This document shows, in pieces, positions 11,691-24,611 of a stretch of DNA of 36,513 bases. The stretch is from Octopus bimaculoides (taxonomy: Eukaryota). Every line of letters begins with the position of its first letter. Within the stretch, counting starts at the first letter, position 1. The notes below the pieces were generated by a model. It was given only the letters and a program-made list of their open reading frames with translations, ran no database searches and was not told where the DNA came from. A program made the position numbers and the translations under genes. The stretch covers positions 41,539,964 to 41,576,476 of the forward strand of contig NC_068991.1 in NCBI RefSeq assembly GCF_001194135.2. Reading direction: 5' to 3'.

Positions 11691-12130
11691 CAAGCACGCA
11701 CACGCACTCATACATTCACACACACAAACAGAGACAGACACGCATACACATAAACCTACAAACACACATACACATAGATAACCACATTTATACACTCCCC
11801 CCACATAAAGACACACGCATACACACACCCGTACTCACGTTCCACTGCATATTGCAAAATCAATGACCAATGTGTGTATTGAAAGGACCAAGTTGTTGCT
11901 ACATAAAAAACAATAATTGTGACTGCGTTTCAGGTCATACCAACAACTGTTTTTCTATTTTTACTCCTCCGTTCCACTTTCTGGCTTGTAACAGCAAACA
12001 CACTGAATATAACATAGAAATTGATTGACGTATTGACATTCAAACCCCGTGAAAAAGTTGGAGATGTTGCGCATTAGAACTTAACTAGTGATCAATAAAA
12101 TCTGTTTGAAAAACATGCTTTAGTTATTAC

Positions 12131-12277
12131 CTGTAGTTTTTGAGAGAGGACATGTCTTTTCGGTGCATAGAATATCTCCAGTGAATTTACAAATGCACTG
12201 ATTACAATTATCTATTGCTATGAATGTTTGCCCAATTACGTATACTTTTCCGTAGTAGTGACATTCCACTTTTGTTA
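12131..12277 (-). CDS. Internal exon, pacifastin/VWC-like module, copy 4 (VTKVECHYYGKVYVIGQTFIAIDNCNQCICKFTGDILCTEKTCPLSKTT)
   Basis: ccttttcag|TA acceptor, G|gtaata donor; 147 bp; within ORF 12120..12332. Confidence 0.88.
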
Positions 12278-12429
12278 CTGAAAAGGAAAAAAAAATGTGC
12301 ATAAATTCAAGATGGAAATGAAGCTGCCTCACTCAAAGGCTATAGCAACAAAAATGTTGATCAGCTCAGCCTTACACAGAATGCACAAATACACATTGAC
12401 ATACATATATACAGATATGACGAGGAGAG

Positions 12430-12725
12430 CCTACTATATGCATACACACACACCCACACACACACACACACACACATATACACATACATACACACATACA
12501 CATATATTCATATGTATATACATATATATACATATATATACATATATATATATACATATACATACATACATACATACATATACATATACATATATATATA
12601 TACATACATACATACATACATACACATATATACATATGTATATACATATATATACATATACATACATATATATACATATATATACATATACATACACACA
12701 TACATATACATATACATACATATAT
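12430..12725. repeat. Compound CA/TA/TACA microsatellite
   Basis: Directly visible; ends at an N-gap. Confidence 0.95.
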
Positions 12726-12849
12726 NNNNNNNNNNNNNNNNNNNNNNNNNNNNNNNNNNNNNNNNNNNNNNNNNNNNNNNNNNNNNNNNNNNNNNATGTG
12801 TTTCAGCCAAGTGGCTGCGGTCATGCTGGTGCACCACCGTGATTTTCAC

Positions 12850-13075
12850 GTTCCTTGCATGGCTCTTCTCCCCCACCTGACATGGTCCAATCAAGAGTTT
12901 TGATGGCACATCTGGTGTATAAGAGAATTTGACACAGCTGCCCTAAACTGCGTCTCATTACGAGCCATTGGTTCGTCTGGTATCGTGGAGAGGAAAGCGT
13001 CAAGTTTTGTCTTGAAGACCTCCGCATCCATGTCTTGCAGGTCTCTCAAATGTTTTGGCAGGGCATATATAATAT
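12850..13075 (-). mobile_element. 3' end of CR1/L2-type LINE ORF2
   Basis: Hand translation of minus strand: ALPKHLRDLQDMDAEVFKTKLDAFLSTIPDEPMARNETQFRAAVSNSLIHQ*, the LP..LR...FK..LD.FL..IPDEP...SNSL tail of CR1/L2-clade ORF2. Confidence 0.75.
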
Positions 13076-13559
13076 GAGGGGTTTAGTTTACTGGTAAGTT
13101 AGTGCTATAATTGGACATCCGTTAGGTTCCAATTTCACAACTGAGGCTGGAGGTGGAAGGTATTTATGTCTATTAATTAAATAGATGAAATCTAGGTTAG
13201 GTGTGGATAGTGGTCATTAGGGATAGATAAAAAGAGATACCTAGCTTAAGGGGAGGGGTATGTATATAGGATAAATCTACAATTAAATGGATAAAGGATA
13301 AAAATTAAAAGTTTAAAAGTTGAAAGTTAAATTAAAAACTAAAAATTTAAATTTAAAAAAAAAAAAAAAAAATTAGCTAGCGTCTAAGATACTTATTCGG
13401 ATAGAGAAGGAAAGGAAAGGAAAAACGTACGTATGTTGTAACGACCGTGGATGCATATAGGCAAGTATTATGTGTATTGATTTTGCTTGCATTTGGACCT
13501 ATGGAAGAATCTAAAGGTACGACAGAACTTACGCTTGCATGTAGAAAATGCTTCGTGTT

Positions 13560-14130
13560 ATTTATTGAGTAATTGCAGTGAATTATAAATTAATATTTGG
13601 AGGGCTTCTTTCAGGTAGAGTACACATGCAGAGCGCTAGCCTTGGTATGGGACACCAGAATCTATTATAGCCCAGGATACTCTATATGGTATTTTCCTAT
13701 TTATCAGAGAGTGCATGTGGTTGGCTAGGGACGTGGATTTGCTATGCTCTTCATATCTACATGAGTTCAGATGTGCAGAATATCTCTGTATAGAATTAAT
13801 AGTAGATCCGATGTAGTAGCTAGTAGAATTATGTAATATGTTGTGGACAATGCGTTTGTATACTACGTTAAACCTTCTGCGGTGGGCATTCAGTCCCGGA
13901 CTGGCAGTTTCAACTATCTGTCTTACGTGGGTTAGTCGTGGAGAGGAAATACTGTGAATTTCCTTGTCTAGAATCTTCATACATACTCACCTTGTCTCTG
14001 ATGACGGCGTTGCAAAAAAGAGTTGGTAGAGAAACAGTTGTAACAAGTCACTGAAGATGTATAGAAGAATTTCTTTGTCTTCTTATTATTTAGATTATAA
14101 TTTACTCATCTCCAAAGACACACAATGCTG
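13560..14130 (-). mobile_element. 5'-truncated Penelope-like element (GIY-YIG) with an oppositely oriented pseudo-LTR remnant
   Basis: ORF 13636..13980: NVVYK...YYIGST...RYSAH...TSLANHMH...VSWAII; plus-strand hammerhead-like motif immediately adjacent at 13991-14047. Confidence 0.8.
13991..14047 (+). ncRNA. Degenerate minimal hammerhead ribozyme motif (Penelope pLTR type)
   Basis: cttgt..CTGATGA(13998-14004)...GAAAC agtt GTA acaag; near-palindromic stem III, stem I cttgt/acaag out of register by 2 nt, stem II decayed. Confidence 0.45.
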
Positions 14131-14356
14131 TTACCATCGTGAAACTAGGATTTTCTACACGTGAAGAATTTCGGCATTGGTTTGGAGCCCGACGCTCGCC
14201 CGCACGTGTGTGTATGTTTATGTATATATGTGTATATGTGTATGTGTATATGCAGGGATATATATTTATGTATGTATATGTGCGTGTATATACGACTATA
14301 TATATGTGTGTGTATAACTGTATGTGTGTAATATCTTTTTTGTGGTGTATGTCGAC

Positions 14357-14396
<40 letters not shown>

Positions 14397-15469
14397 NNNN
14401 NNNNNNNNNNNNNNNNNNNNNNNNNNNNNNNNNNNNNNNNNNNNNNNNNNNNNNNNNNNNNNNNNNNNNNNNNNNNNNNNNNNNNNNNNNNNNNNNNNNN
14501 NNNNNNNNNNNNNNNNNNNNNNNNNNNNNNNNNNNNNNNNNNNNNNNNNNNNNNNNNNNNNNNNNNNNNNNNNNNNNNNNNNNNNNNNNNNNNNNNNNNN
14601 NNNNNNNNNNNNNNNNNNNNNNNNNNNNNNNNNNNNNNNNNNNNNNNNNNNNNNNNNNNNNNNNNNNNNNNNNNNNNNNNNNNNNNNNNNNNNNNNNNNN
14701 NNNNNNNNNNNNNNNNNNNNNNNNNNNNNNNNNNNNNNNNNNNNNNNNNNNNNNNNNNNNNNNNNNNNNNNNNNNNNNNNNNNNNNNNNNNNNNNNNNNN
14801 NNNNNNNNNNNNNNNNNNNNNNNNNNNNNNNNNNNNNNNNNNNNNNNNNNNNNNNNNNNNNNNNNNNNNNNNNNNNNNNNNNNNNNNNNNNNNNNNNNNN
14901 NNNNNNNNNNNNNNNNNNNNNNNNNNNNNNNNNNNNNNNNNNNNNNNNNNNNNNNNNNNNNNNNNNNNNNNNNNNNNNNNNNNNNNNNNNNNNNNNNNNN
15001 NNNNNNNNNNNNNNNNNNNAGAATTTCGGCATTGGTTTGGAGCCCGACGCTCGCCCGCACGTGTGTGTATGTTTATGTATATATGTGTTCATATATATGC
15101 ATGTTATTCAAAAGTCGGCATACATAGGAACAATTTATCTTTTTATAAGAAACAGTCTATAAGAAAAGGTTTTTCTTATTTAACAAGCTCTATATGGTTA
15201 CCATTGTTTTGAATACACATTGCAATACGTTTACTCCACTCATTGTGAACTTGTAATAGCACATCTGGTGATACGTGTGCAAAGAAGTTGGTGATGCGTT
15301 CCTTCAAATGATTTATGTTTTTTTTATCTTTCCGCGATACACCATGCCTTTCAAATGCCCCTAAAGATAGAAATCAAGAGGGTTCAGATCTTATAAATTG
15401 TTTCTTGTAAAAAAAAAAAAAAGGTTTCCTATGTATGGAGATTTTGAATCACACAACACATACACAGTT

Positions 15470-15800
15470 GACGCAGTGTGGCCAAAATGGTTAAGAAGTT
15501 AGCTTCTTAAGTCGAGAACCCAGTTTCAATCCCACTGCATGAAGTCTTGGCCAAATGTTTCCTATCAGAATCAGGGCGTCTCTTACCTTGTGACTTAAAT
15601 TGGGAAACTATATAGAAGCTTGTATGGAAGATTGTGCCTACAATTCTAGAAGGGACATTCTTGTCATCTGCTCGTGTCACTGATTCTGCCTGAGAATTAC
15701 ACTGAGGGCACATGTTTCTCCTGAATACTCAACCTCTTAACTGCAATTTAAGAAGCAGTCTACCCACCTGATCGAACAATTGAATCCTCACTGTCGAACG
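15470..15800 (+). mobile_element. SINE family A copy (unit 5)
   Basis: tggccaaaatggttaagaag...gtttcaatcccactgcatgaagtcttgg; homologous to 215-535. Confidence 0.7.
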
Positions 15801-15822
15801 ATGAAGTTACTTCGCACATCCG

Positions 15823-15883
<61 letters not shown>

Positions 15884-16234
15884 CCCCCCACACACATTCA
15901 CATTTACTCATATATACCCACATAAACACTCCCACCCACACACCCATACTCACACATACACGCGACAGAGTAAATTCAACGGCCAACCTGAACAGAAGGA
16001 TCATACAAGATGTTTCCAAACAACTATTATTGTGACTGCTTTTCAGTTCACACGAACAAGTGTTTTTCCATTTTTTACTCAACCTGTCTACTTTTTAGTC
16101 TGTAACAGTGAACATACTGAATAAAACAGAACGTCATTGACATATTGGCATTGAAGCCTGGTCAAGAAGTTGATGTTGCGCATTAGAACTAGTGATCAAC
16201 AAAATCTGTTTGGAAAGAATATTTTAGTTATTAC

Positions 16235-16381
16235 CTGAAGTTTTTGAGATAGAACATATCTTTTCGGTGCATACAACAGCTCCAGTGTACTTGCAAGTGC
16301 ACTGATTGCATTTATCTATGGCGATGAATGTTTGCCCAATTACGTATACTTTTCCGTAGTAGCGGCATTCTATTTTAGTTA
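16235..16381 (-). CDS. Internal exon, pacifastin/VWC-like module, copy 5 (VTKIECRYYGKVYVIGQTFIAIDKCNQCTCKYTGAVVCTEKICSISKTS)
   Basis: ccttttcag|TA acceptor, G|gtaata donor; 147 bp; within ORF 16224..16442. Confidence 0.88.
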
Positions 16382-16559
16382 CTGAAAAGGAAAAAAAAAG
16401 TTTTGTACAAATTAACGAGGAAACTGGAATTTCCTCAGTCATAGAATGATAACAAAAATATTGATCAGCTCAGCTTTGCACATACACAAATGTACATAAA
16501 CACATACATATTGAGATATTGTGACGAGAGCCTGTCATATATATATCTATCTATATATG

Positions 16560-16857
16560 ATGGACTCCCTTGTCGAAGACGACGTATGATCTTTAGCCGA
16601 ACATCCTGTTCAACTGATTTGTTTATAGTAATCAAGTGTATGTACTGTACATTAGCTCACTCCCTCCATCAAATCGACGTTGTCTGAACAGGTGCACGGT
16701 GTACAATGCATCAGGTGTTGTAGTGATCACTGAGCAACGTTAGAGGATGTATTTTGGTGAAGAACACAACGCGCCACCCGGTCTAATAATTGAAGCCACG
16801 ATCCTGCGATCGTGAATGCAACGACCTCATCACTAGGTCATGCGTTCTCAATCGCGG
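16560..16857 (-). mobile_element. SINE family B, upstream of copy 5
   Basis: Same sequence and same insertion position as 1345-1641 and 8722-9026. Confidence 0.65.
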
Positions 16858-16989
16858 TTATATATACATAACTGCGATCAAGATATGAATGAAAACAACA
16901 TATTTTTACTTTAGTTCGGTGTGCCTACGAGCACCCAAGAGTAGAGACGCAATATATATAGGAGTAAAGAATAAAGAAAAATATGCCAA

Positions 16990-18000
16990 ATATTTTGCCA
17001 ATTAGTCCTATGAACCACAATTAATACCAACCTTAAAGAAGTCAACTTCCTAGACATTAACATGAATAATAACATAGGAAAATTTAAACCCTACCACAAA
17101 GCAAACGAGGAAGCCTCATACATAAACATAGGTTTCAACCACCCACAAACAGTAATTAAAAAAACTGGTTAACAACATTAGCAGGTGCGTCTCCAATTTA
17201 TCCGCCGACAAAAACACTTTTGAAAAGAGCAGTCCCATATTATAATGCTGCATTAGAAAGGTTCAACTTTAATAATAGCTTATACTACATGGAATCAAAT
17301 ATAAATAAACCAAGTAGTCGCAGACAAAGGAAAATCTCATGGTTTAACCCACCTTATAGCATGACTGTAGCTGCTCACATATCTAGGAGTTTCTTAAAAC
17401 TAATAGACAACCACTCTCCACATTCACACAAATACCACAAGATCTTCAACAGAAATACTGCTAAAGTTATCTATAGTTGCCTCCCCAATATAGGATCAAT
17501 AATATTCAATTATAATAAATATAAACACACCAGAAACACCCACGAAAGAGAATGCACCTGTAGATCCTCAAACCGCTGCCCTCTAAACTATAACTATTTC
17601 GTGAAAGAACTCGTATACAAAGTCAAAATCACAGACCTCAACGGAGCAGCAAAGACTTATGTCAGAATGACGGGCAACTCGTTCAAGTAAAGATGTACAC
17701 AACATCTGGCGTCATTCAGAGACAAAATATAAAAAAAAACATGCAGCATCCCAGTTAAATGCGATATGGATATTGAAAGAAGGTGAAATAAGGGACCCCC
17801 AAATAGAATAGAAAAATTATTGTTAAACCCCCAAAATACAGAGAACGAGTACCAAATGTGATCTCTATTTTACTGAAAAAGTAAACATTATAGAATCAAC
17901 AGATAACATCCTAGACATTAGGGTTTAAACCTTCTCTCCTTGCATACTCAAATAATATTTTACACTGAAATATTTAAAACAAGAGCTACCATCTACGACG
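16990..18000 (+). mobile_element. Decayed Penelope-like element, RT C-terminus through GIY-YIG
   Basis: Hand translation TNLKEVNFLDI...KPYHK...NHP upstream, then ORF 17220..17690 with RKISWFNPPYS...KIFNRNTAKVIYSCLPNI...CTC...CPL...LVYK; stops and frameshifts. Confidence 0.9.
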
Positions 18001-18532
18001 TTAATCCCACCAGGATATCCCCTTTTCTGAACGTGAAATCTGAATACACATAGAACACAAATTCCACACACAGAAGAAATATGCCCCAATGACGAACAAC
18101 CTCAGCACACAAGTATAATAACAGCACACCCAGAAGAAAAAGACAAATCCTAGGAAGAAATCATTCAAATGATGTCATCCAAGTTTCATTGTTTTATTCA
18201 TTTCAATTAAACAAGGCTGTGCTTTCCAAAATTGTGGCGAACACATCTCTCTTTGTGATCGGCTTGAAAAATTGTTAAGACACTAGGATATTTTCCTACT
18301 TTTCCTGATACGAAACCAATGGTAGCCTTAATTCAAAAATAAAGAAGTTATATCCACCAATGTGGTGTGTTGAACACTCATTTGCATCGTTCGACATTTA
18401 CGTTTATATATATATATATATATATNNNNNNNNNNNNNNNNNNNNNNNNNNNNNNNNNNNNNNNNNNNNNNNNNNNNNNNNNNNNNNNNNNNNNNNNNNN
18501 NNNNNNNNNNNNNNNNNNNNNNNNNNNNNNNN

Positions 18533-19874
18533 TTGTCGCTAATTCAGTTCTTAACCAAATTGAAAACTGTTAACAGTTTTGAAGAGGATTGGTTCCTAGC
18601 TACATTTTGGCATAAAAAATTGAGATTTGGTTCAGTAGAAAAAAGTTTACATCAAAATTTGTAGCAGTATTATAGGAGAGTAAGTAATGCCTCCAATTAA
18701 GTTTAGATCTGAATAATTTTTTTTATTTTAAAAGCAAAATATATTTATCTTAGCTTCAATGATAGAAGAAAGCATAAAGAATTTCATAGTTTTGGTCCCA
18801 TGCAACAAAAGTTTGTATCAAAAAAGTTGTGAGGTAAAATATCATGAAAAAACTATAAGCATAGCAAAAAATTGGATTTAAGTATTATTAACTTTTTTAT
18901 TTTAAAAGCAAACTATATATTGATTACGCTTAAATGATAAAGTTCAATTCGAGGAGTTTCATGGCATCACTCTCATGCAATGAAGTTTTAAAAGAAAAAT
19001 GTTATGAGTGTTTGTTTCTCAAATTTGAGGGTGATAATATAGTTCTATACTTTCTTTATGAATATAGTTCTATAAGGGGACTTTTAATATATGTCACCGG
19101 CATCAATAATAATTCAATCACAAAATGAAAAAAACTAAATTATTATTTAGAAATTTATTAAATTTATTTTCAATTTTCAGTAAGGTAAAATCTTAAATTA
19201 TTAATTGACACATTATTAATTAGCATAATAGCATAGCCTGGAAAAAAACATGGATTACATGGGAAAATACGAGCAAGAGAAATAATATTCTTAAGATTAT
19301 AAACCTGGAAAAGTACAGGACAAGTTATTACACTTGGAAAAGTTCAGGATAATTTATTACATCTGGTAAAGTACAGAACAAGAAAAGTTTTACTTAAAAT
19401 ATTGCCGCTAAGGATAAAATTTGAATATCAAAAATTATTTGATTTTAATTTACAAAGTAACATAATTAAAAAAGGCACCATCATTTTGTTAAAATGTTGA
19501 CACACTAGAATAATTAAAAAATGAGAGCCAGAAGTACCAATATAGCTAAAGTTTTATGCAAAGTAGAATAGTATATATGGTAGGCAAATTCATTATGTAA
19601 AAAATAGGCATTGAGTCAAGACTAAAAATGTAAAGACTTGGCAATAACTTAGGCAATAATTCAAGCAAATTTTACTGTGAATCTGTTATAGGTAGATTTT
19701 ACTGTAATATATATACGCATTATTCTGTTTATTGTACTAACTATTTATGCACTACTATTATTTTTATAACCTATTTTCAAATGTCTAATTATTAATTAAT
19801 AATAAAAAAAATGAATTTTTTTGAAATGCAAAAAACATTTTTAATAGAAGTAACAAATAATTACAAATAAATGT

Positions 19875-19923
<49 letters not shown>

Positions 19924-21360
19924 NNNNNNNNNNGAATTATTGCATTTACACTCAAATGTGTTTCATGAAATCGGACCTTGTACTTTCTTTTTTCTATATT
20001 TTTCGTAATATTCCAATTCATCAAACTGTTGAAATTACAATAGGGGTGGAGCAAAGCTGGTAACTGGTACAAAATACGTAATTTCTAATTTCTCGATATT
20101 TTCTCCATACTTGTTTGAAACCATTAAATCACAGTTATTGCATCATTTGTATAGGTGCCTCATCTTTGGAAGTAAAATGTGGTCAGTATAGTTGTTCTTG
20201 AAGCTAAGAGTGTTTGAAAGATAGTCAAGTAAGAGGTAGTATTATTTTTCAAACATTTTCCCTCAACTTTGATCCAATCGCAATCGAGGTTGCTAATAAA
20301 ATACCTGGATAATTTTTGGTGTTTAACAATCAATATTCTTTTCTCTGTTGGACTCCACGTCAATTTTGTCTCACACTAATGTCTAATTTGATAATTTCCA
20401 ATTTTCAAAAAACATGACGCCTAAATTGGGGCAAAAAATTGTAATGACTAATTTCAATAATTTCTTCTCTTTAACCTGCTGGTACATAAATATATCAGAA
20501 AGGGAGCCACTCCAGAAGATCATGAAGTAGCTATAGAGAATATTTTATGTAAGGATGGATACTGATGTGAATGAGTCATTTTTGAAATGTAATTCTGGAG
20601 AATTAAAGACGTATTTTTAATACATTTTTTCTGAAAGTTAAAAATGCAGTAAATATCAGTCACTGAGCCCCACTCACTACTGCAAATTGGAAAAGCGAAC
20701 TTTTGGAATAGCTGTCCCGTATTAGTTGGAATTTCCTCGTTTTTGTCGGGATTTAACCTCCACTTTCTTTAATCACGCATCGCAAACGCAACACAGACGT
20801 TAAAAAAAGACTTTTACTGTAATGACACCTTGTTGTGTCGTGTTAACAGTTTTGCATTTAAAATTCTCGCGTTTTTAATCAAAACTTGTTAGTTACTATG
20901 GTTACAACTATATATATATATATATGTATCTGTCTTTCACAAATACTCTCGTAAAGAGCAAACAAGTGATGTATATGTATGATGTGGTATTGACTACAAT
21001 ATCCTGATTTTCATGAGAAAACACCTATCTCTGGCAGTCTTCATTAAAAATATAAAACTTGCTTTATAGATTTATTGTACTTTATTTCCAGTTTGGTTGA
21101 ACATTTTCAAAAATACAGTATACTATTCTTTCACCAAAATATTTATTTAAAATTTCAATTAATACAATCAGTATTTACATTTGGTATTACTGTATACTGC
21201 CAATAATAAGTAGTGTACACGTATCATGTAATTAGTGAAAAATGTAAATTCTGTCACAAAATGTTTATTCCACCATTTCGCTTCCAGTTAGGCAATTTTT
21301 GAAAATTTTATTTATTTGTTATAAAAATTAAATATCATTGTAGTTACGAATGGGTCCCTT
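18533..21360. mobile_element. Unclassified decayed insertion, possibly a DNA transposon
   Basis: Absent from the other repeat units; diverged internal direct repeats (ttttattttaaaagcaaa...atga...tttcat...catgcaa at about 18717 and 18894; three short gaaaagtacagga-like units at 19308-19380); no recognisable transposase motif or termini. Confidence 0.3.
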
Positions 21361-21696
21361 TGTCTCCTGGCAAATAAATTTTTAAACCCAGTCCACCACT
21401 TCATACACACACGCACAAACACACACACACATATACACTCCCCACACGCTTTCTTTCTTTCTCTCTATCACACACACACGCACGCACGCGNNNNNNNNNN
21501 NNNNNNNNNNNNNNNNNNNNNNNNNNNNNNNNNNNNNNNNNNNNNNNNNNNNNNNNNNNNNNNNNNNNNNNNNNNNNNNNNNNNNNNNNNNNNNNNNNNN
21601 NNNNNNNNNNNNNNNNNNNNNNNNNNNNNNNNNNNNNNNNNNNNNNNNNNNNNNNNNNNNNNNNNNNNNNNNNNNNNNNNNNNNNNNNNNNNNNNN

Positions 21697-21734
<38 letters not shown>

Positions 21735-21999
21735 CCACTGCATATCGGAATGGACTAAACATTTAGTTGCCACATAAACAATAATAAATGTGACTGCATT
21801 TCAGTTTCCACCAACAACTGGGTTTTCTATTTTTACACACCCGCTCCACGTTCCGTCTTGTAACACCGAACACACTGAATAAAACAGAAAGTGATTGACA
21901 TATTGACATTCAACCGTAGTAAAGAAGCGAGAGATGTTGGGCATTAGAACCTAACCAGTGACCAGTAAAACTTTTCGTAAAAAATCTTTTAGTTATTAC

Positions 22000-22146
22000 C
22001 TGTAGTTTCCGAGGGAGGGCATATCTTTTCGGTGCATATAACAGATCCAGTGTACCTGCAAGTGCACTGATTACATTTATCAATGGCTATGAATGTTTGC
22101 CCAATTATGTATACTTTTCCGTTGTAGTGGCATTCTATTTTAGTTA
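22000..22146 (-). CDS. Internal exon, pacifastin/VWC-like module, copy 6 (VTKIECHYNGKVYIIGQTFIAIDKCNQCTCRYTGSVICTEKICPPSETT)
   Basis: Translated by hand (absent from ORF track); tcttttcag|TA acceptor, G|gtaata donor; 147 bp; six Cys intact. Confidence 0.88.
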
Positions 22147-22476
22147 CTGAAAAGAAAAAAAAATGCGTACGAATTCAAGATGAAACTGAAGATTCTACAG
22201 TCATAGAATATAATAACAAACATATTGATCAGGTCAGCCTTACACACACAATTCATAAGTACATATATACTCATATGACGAGGGAACCTATCACACATAT
22301 ATATATATTCTAAAATGTAACTGCATGTGGATTTTCTATTTCTTTTGGACTTTCTTCTGTGTCCTGTTTCTCGAAACGTAAAACACCCTTTCTTTACTTC
22401 TCTGAGCGTCTTATTAATACTTTGCATGTACCACGTCCTCGCCTTGCTGTTTTTTTTCTCCATTTTCTTGATTAAC

Positions 22477-22522
<46 letters not shown>

Positions 22523-23671
22523 NNNNNNNNNNNNNNNNNNNNNNNNNNNNNNNNNNNNNNNNNNNNNNNNNNNNNNNNNNNNNNNNNNNNNNNNNNNNNN
22601 NNNNNNNNNNNNNNNNNNNNNNNNNNNNNNNNNNNNNNNNNNNNNNNNNNNNNNNNNNNNNNNNNNNNNNNNNNNNNNNNNNNNNNNNNNNNNNNNNNNN
22701 NNNNNNNNNNNNNNNNNNNNNNNNNNNNNNNNNNNNNNNNNNNNNNNNNNNNNNNNNNNNNNNNNNNNNNNNNNNNNNNNNNNNNNNNNNNNNNNNNNNN
22801 NNNNNNNNNNNNNNNNNNNNNNNNNNNNNNNNNNNNNNNNNNNNNNNNNNNNNNNNNNNNNNNNNNNNNNNNNNNNNNNNNNNNNNNNNNNNNNNNNNNN
22901 NNNNNNNNNNNNNNNNNNNNNNNNNNNNNNNNNNNNNNNNNNNNNNNNNNNNNNNNNNNNNNNNNNNNNNNNNNNNNNNNNNNNNNNNNNNNNNNNNNNN
23001 NNNNNNNNNNNNNNNNNNNNNNNNNNNNNNNNNNNNNNNNNNNNNNNNNNNNNNNNNNNNNNNNNNNNNNNNNNNNGTTTGTCTAATAGGAAAATGCCGA
23101 AACTCATTTTTGTCAGTGATTTGTCTCTGTGATCATTTCAAAAACTCTTCAACTAGTTTGTTTTCTGTAAACTGACCTTGCATCGATGTTAAAGTCAATA
23201 AGCTCGAGCCGGGACAAGTCATTCCCTTCTCGTGATGCATATATATATATATATATATATTGTAAAAAATAAAAACAATCTTAAGAGCGGCAGAACAGTT
23301 GTAGTGCTATCGACAGGAGAAAAAATAATTGAGAACGCTGTTCGGATGCCATCACTGCTGTAATCTTTTGCCTTAAGTTCGTATTCGGAACTGCTTGACG
23401 AATACGTTTAAGAAGATATTTTTTCCTTCGAAGTCAAGGAAATGAGTGATAGTCTACACTGGAATTATTTTGTCTAATACATATACACTGACAAGAAATT
23501 TGCATCAGTGGCACGTGCTAGTCATTGACTGAAAAACCTACTGGGAGCTCGTTTTTTACTAACGATGTCATTAGTCATCAGTTGTGAAAGATAACGGCAG
23601 ACATCTGACGTATCTTTTGCTAGCATATGCCGAGACCTATTCCTCTGTCTCTGTCTTTCACTCTCAGTCAT

Positions 23672-24005
23672 ACAGTTTGGCCGAAATGGTTAAGAAGTTA
23701 GCTTCTTAAAGAGGAGATCTCGGGTCCGATCCCGCTGCGGTCGTCTTGGCCAAATGTTTCCTGTCAGAAACCCGTCAGATCCTTACTTTGTGGCTTAAAT
23801 TTGGAAACTGTATAGAAGCTTGTCGGGAGGATTGTATCTGCAATTTCAAAAGCTACATTCTTGTCATCTGCTCGTGCCACACTGATTCTGCAAGAGAATT
23901 ACACTAAGGAGAGATGTTTCTCCGGAATACCCAAACACTTAAAAGTTATTTCAGAAGCAGGTTGTTCACCTGATTAGTCAACTGAATCCTCATTGTCGAA
24001 CAATG
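23672..24005 (+). mobile_element. SINE family A copy (unit 7)
   Basis: tggccgaaatggttaagaag...ggtccgatccc; homologous to 215-535. Confidence 0.7.
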
Positions 24006-24464
24006 AAGACACACCAAGCACACGTACGCACGCACGCACGCACGCACAGAGAAACACCGTCACAACCAACACAAACATACACAGATACACATACATACAC
24101 ATATATGCCCCCAACCCACACACATACACGCTCACACACTTACACTCAGACTCAGACACACGTACACATGTCCTACTGCATATGGCAAACTCAACGGTTA
24201 ACCTGTACGGAAAGAACCACAGAAATAGTTGTCACATATACAATAATAATTGCGACTGCGATTCAGTTCCCACTAAGAACCGGTTTTTCCATTTTTAGAA
24301 GTCTGTACCACTTTCCGGTTTGTAACAGCGAACACACTGAATAAAACACAGAAAGTGATTGACATATTGACATTTAACCCTAGTAAAGATGTGGGAGATG
24401 TTGCGCATTAGCACTTAACTAGTGATCAGTAAAATCTGTTTGGAAAGCATCTTTTAGTTATTAC

Positions 24465-24611
24465 CTGTAGTTTTTGAGAGAGGACATATCCCTTCGGTGC
24501 ACACAACAACTCCAGTAGACTTGCATGTACACTGATTGCATTTATCAATGGCTATGAACGTTTGACCAATTACGTATACTTTTCCGTTGTAGTGGCATTC
24601 TATTTTAGTTA
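24465..24611 (-). CDS. Internal exon, pacifastin/VWC-like module, copy 7 (VTKIECHYNGKVYVIGQTFIAIDKCNQCTCKSTGVVVCTEGICPLSKTT)
   Basis: ccttttcag|TA acceptor, G|gtaata donor; 147 bp; within ORF 24454..24669. Confidence 0.88.

Noticed and set aside
14166-15087. Identical sequence of about 65 bp (agaatttcggcattggtttggagcccgacgctcgcccgcacg...) on both sides of the 14397-15019 gap
   Set aside because: Exact duplication at a gap edge next to a TA microsatellite is most likely an unmerged contig overlap, not a biological repeat
20130-20380. Minus-strand ORF fragments 20160..20363 and 19785..20072 as a possible transposase
   Set aside because: No DDE or other diagnostic motif that I can recognise; left unclassified
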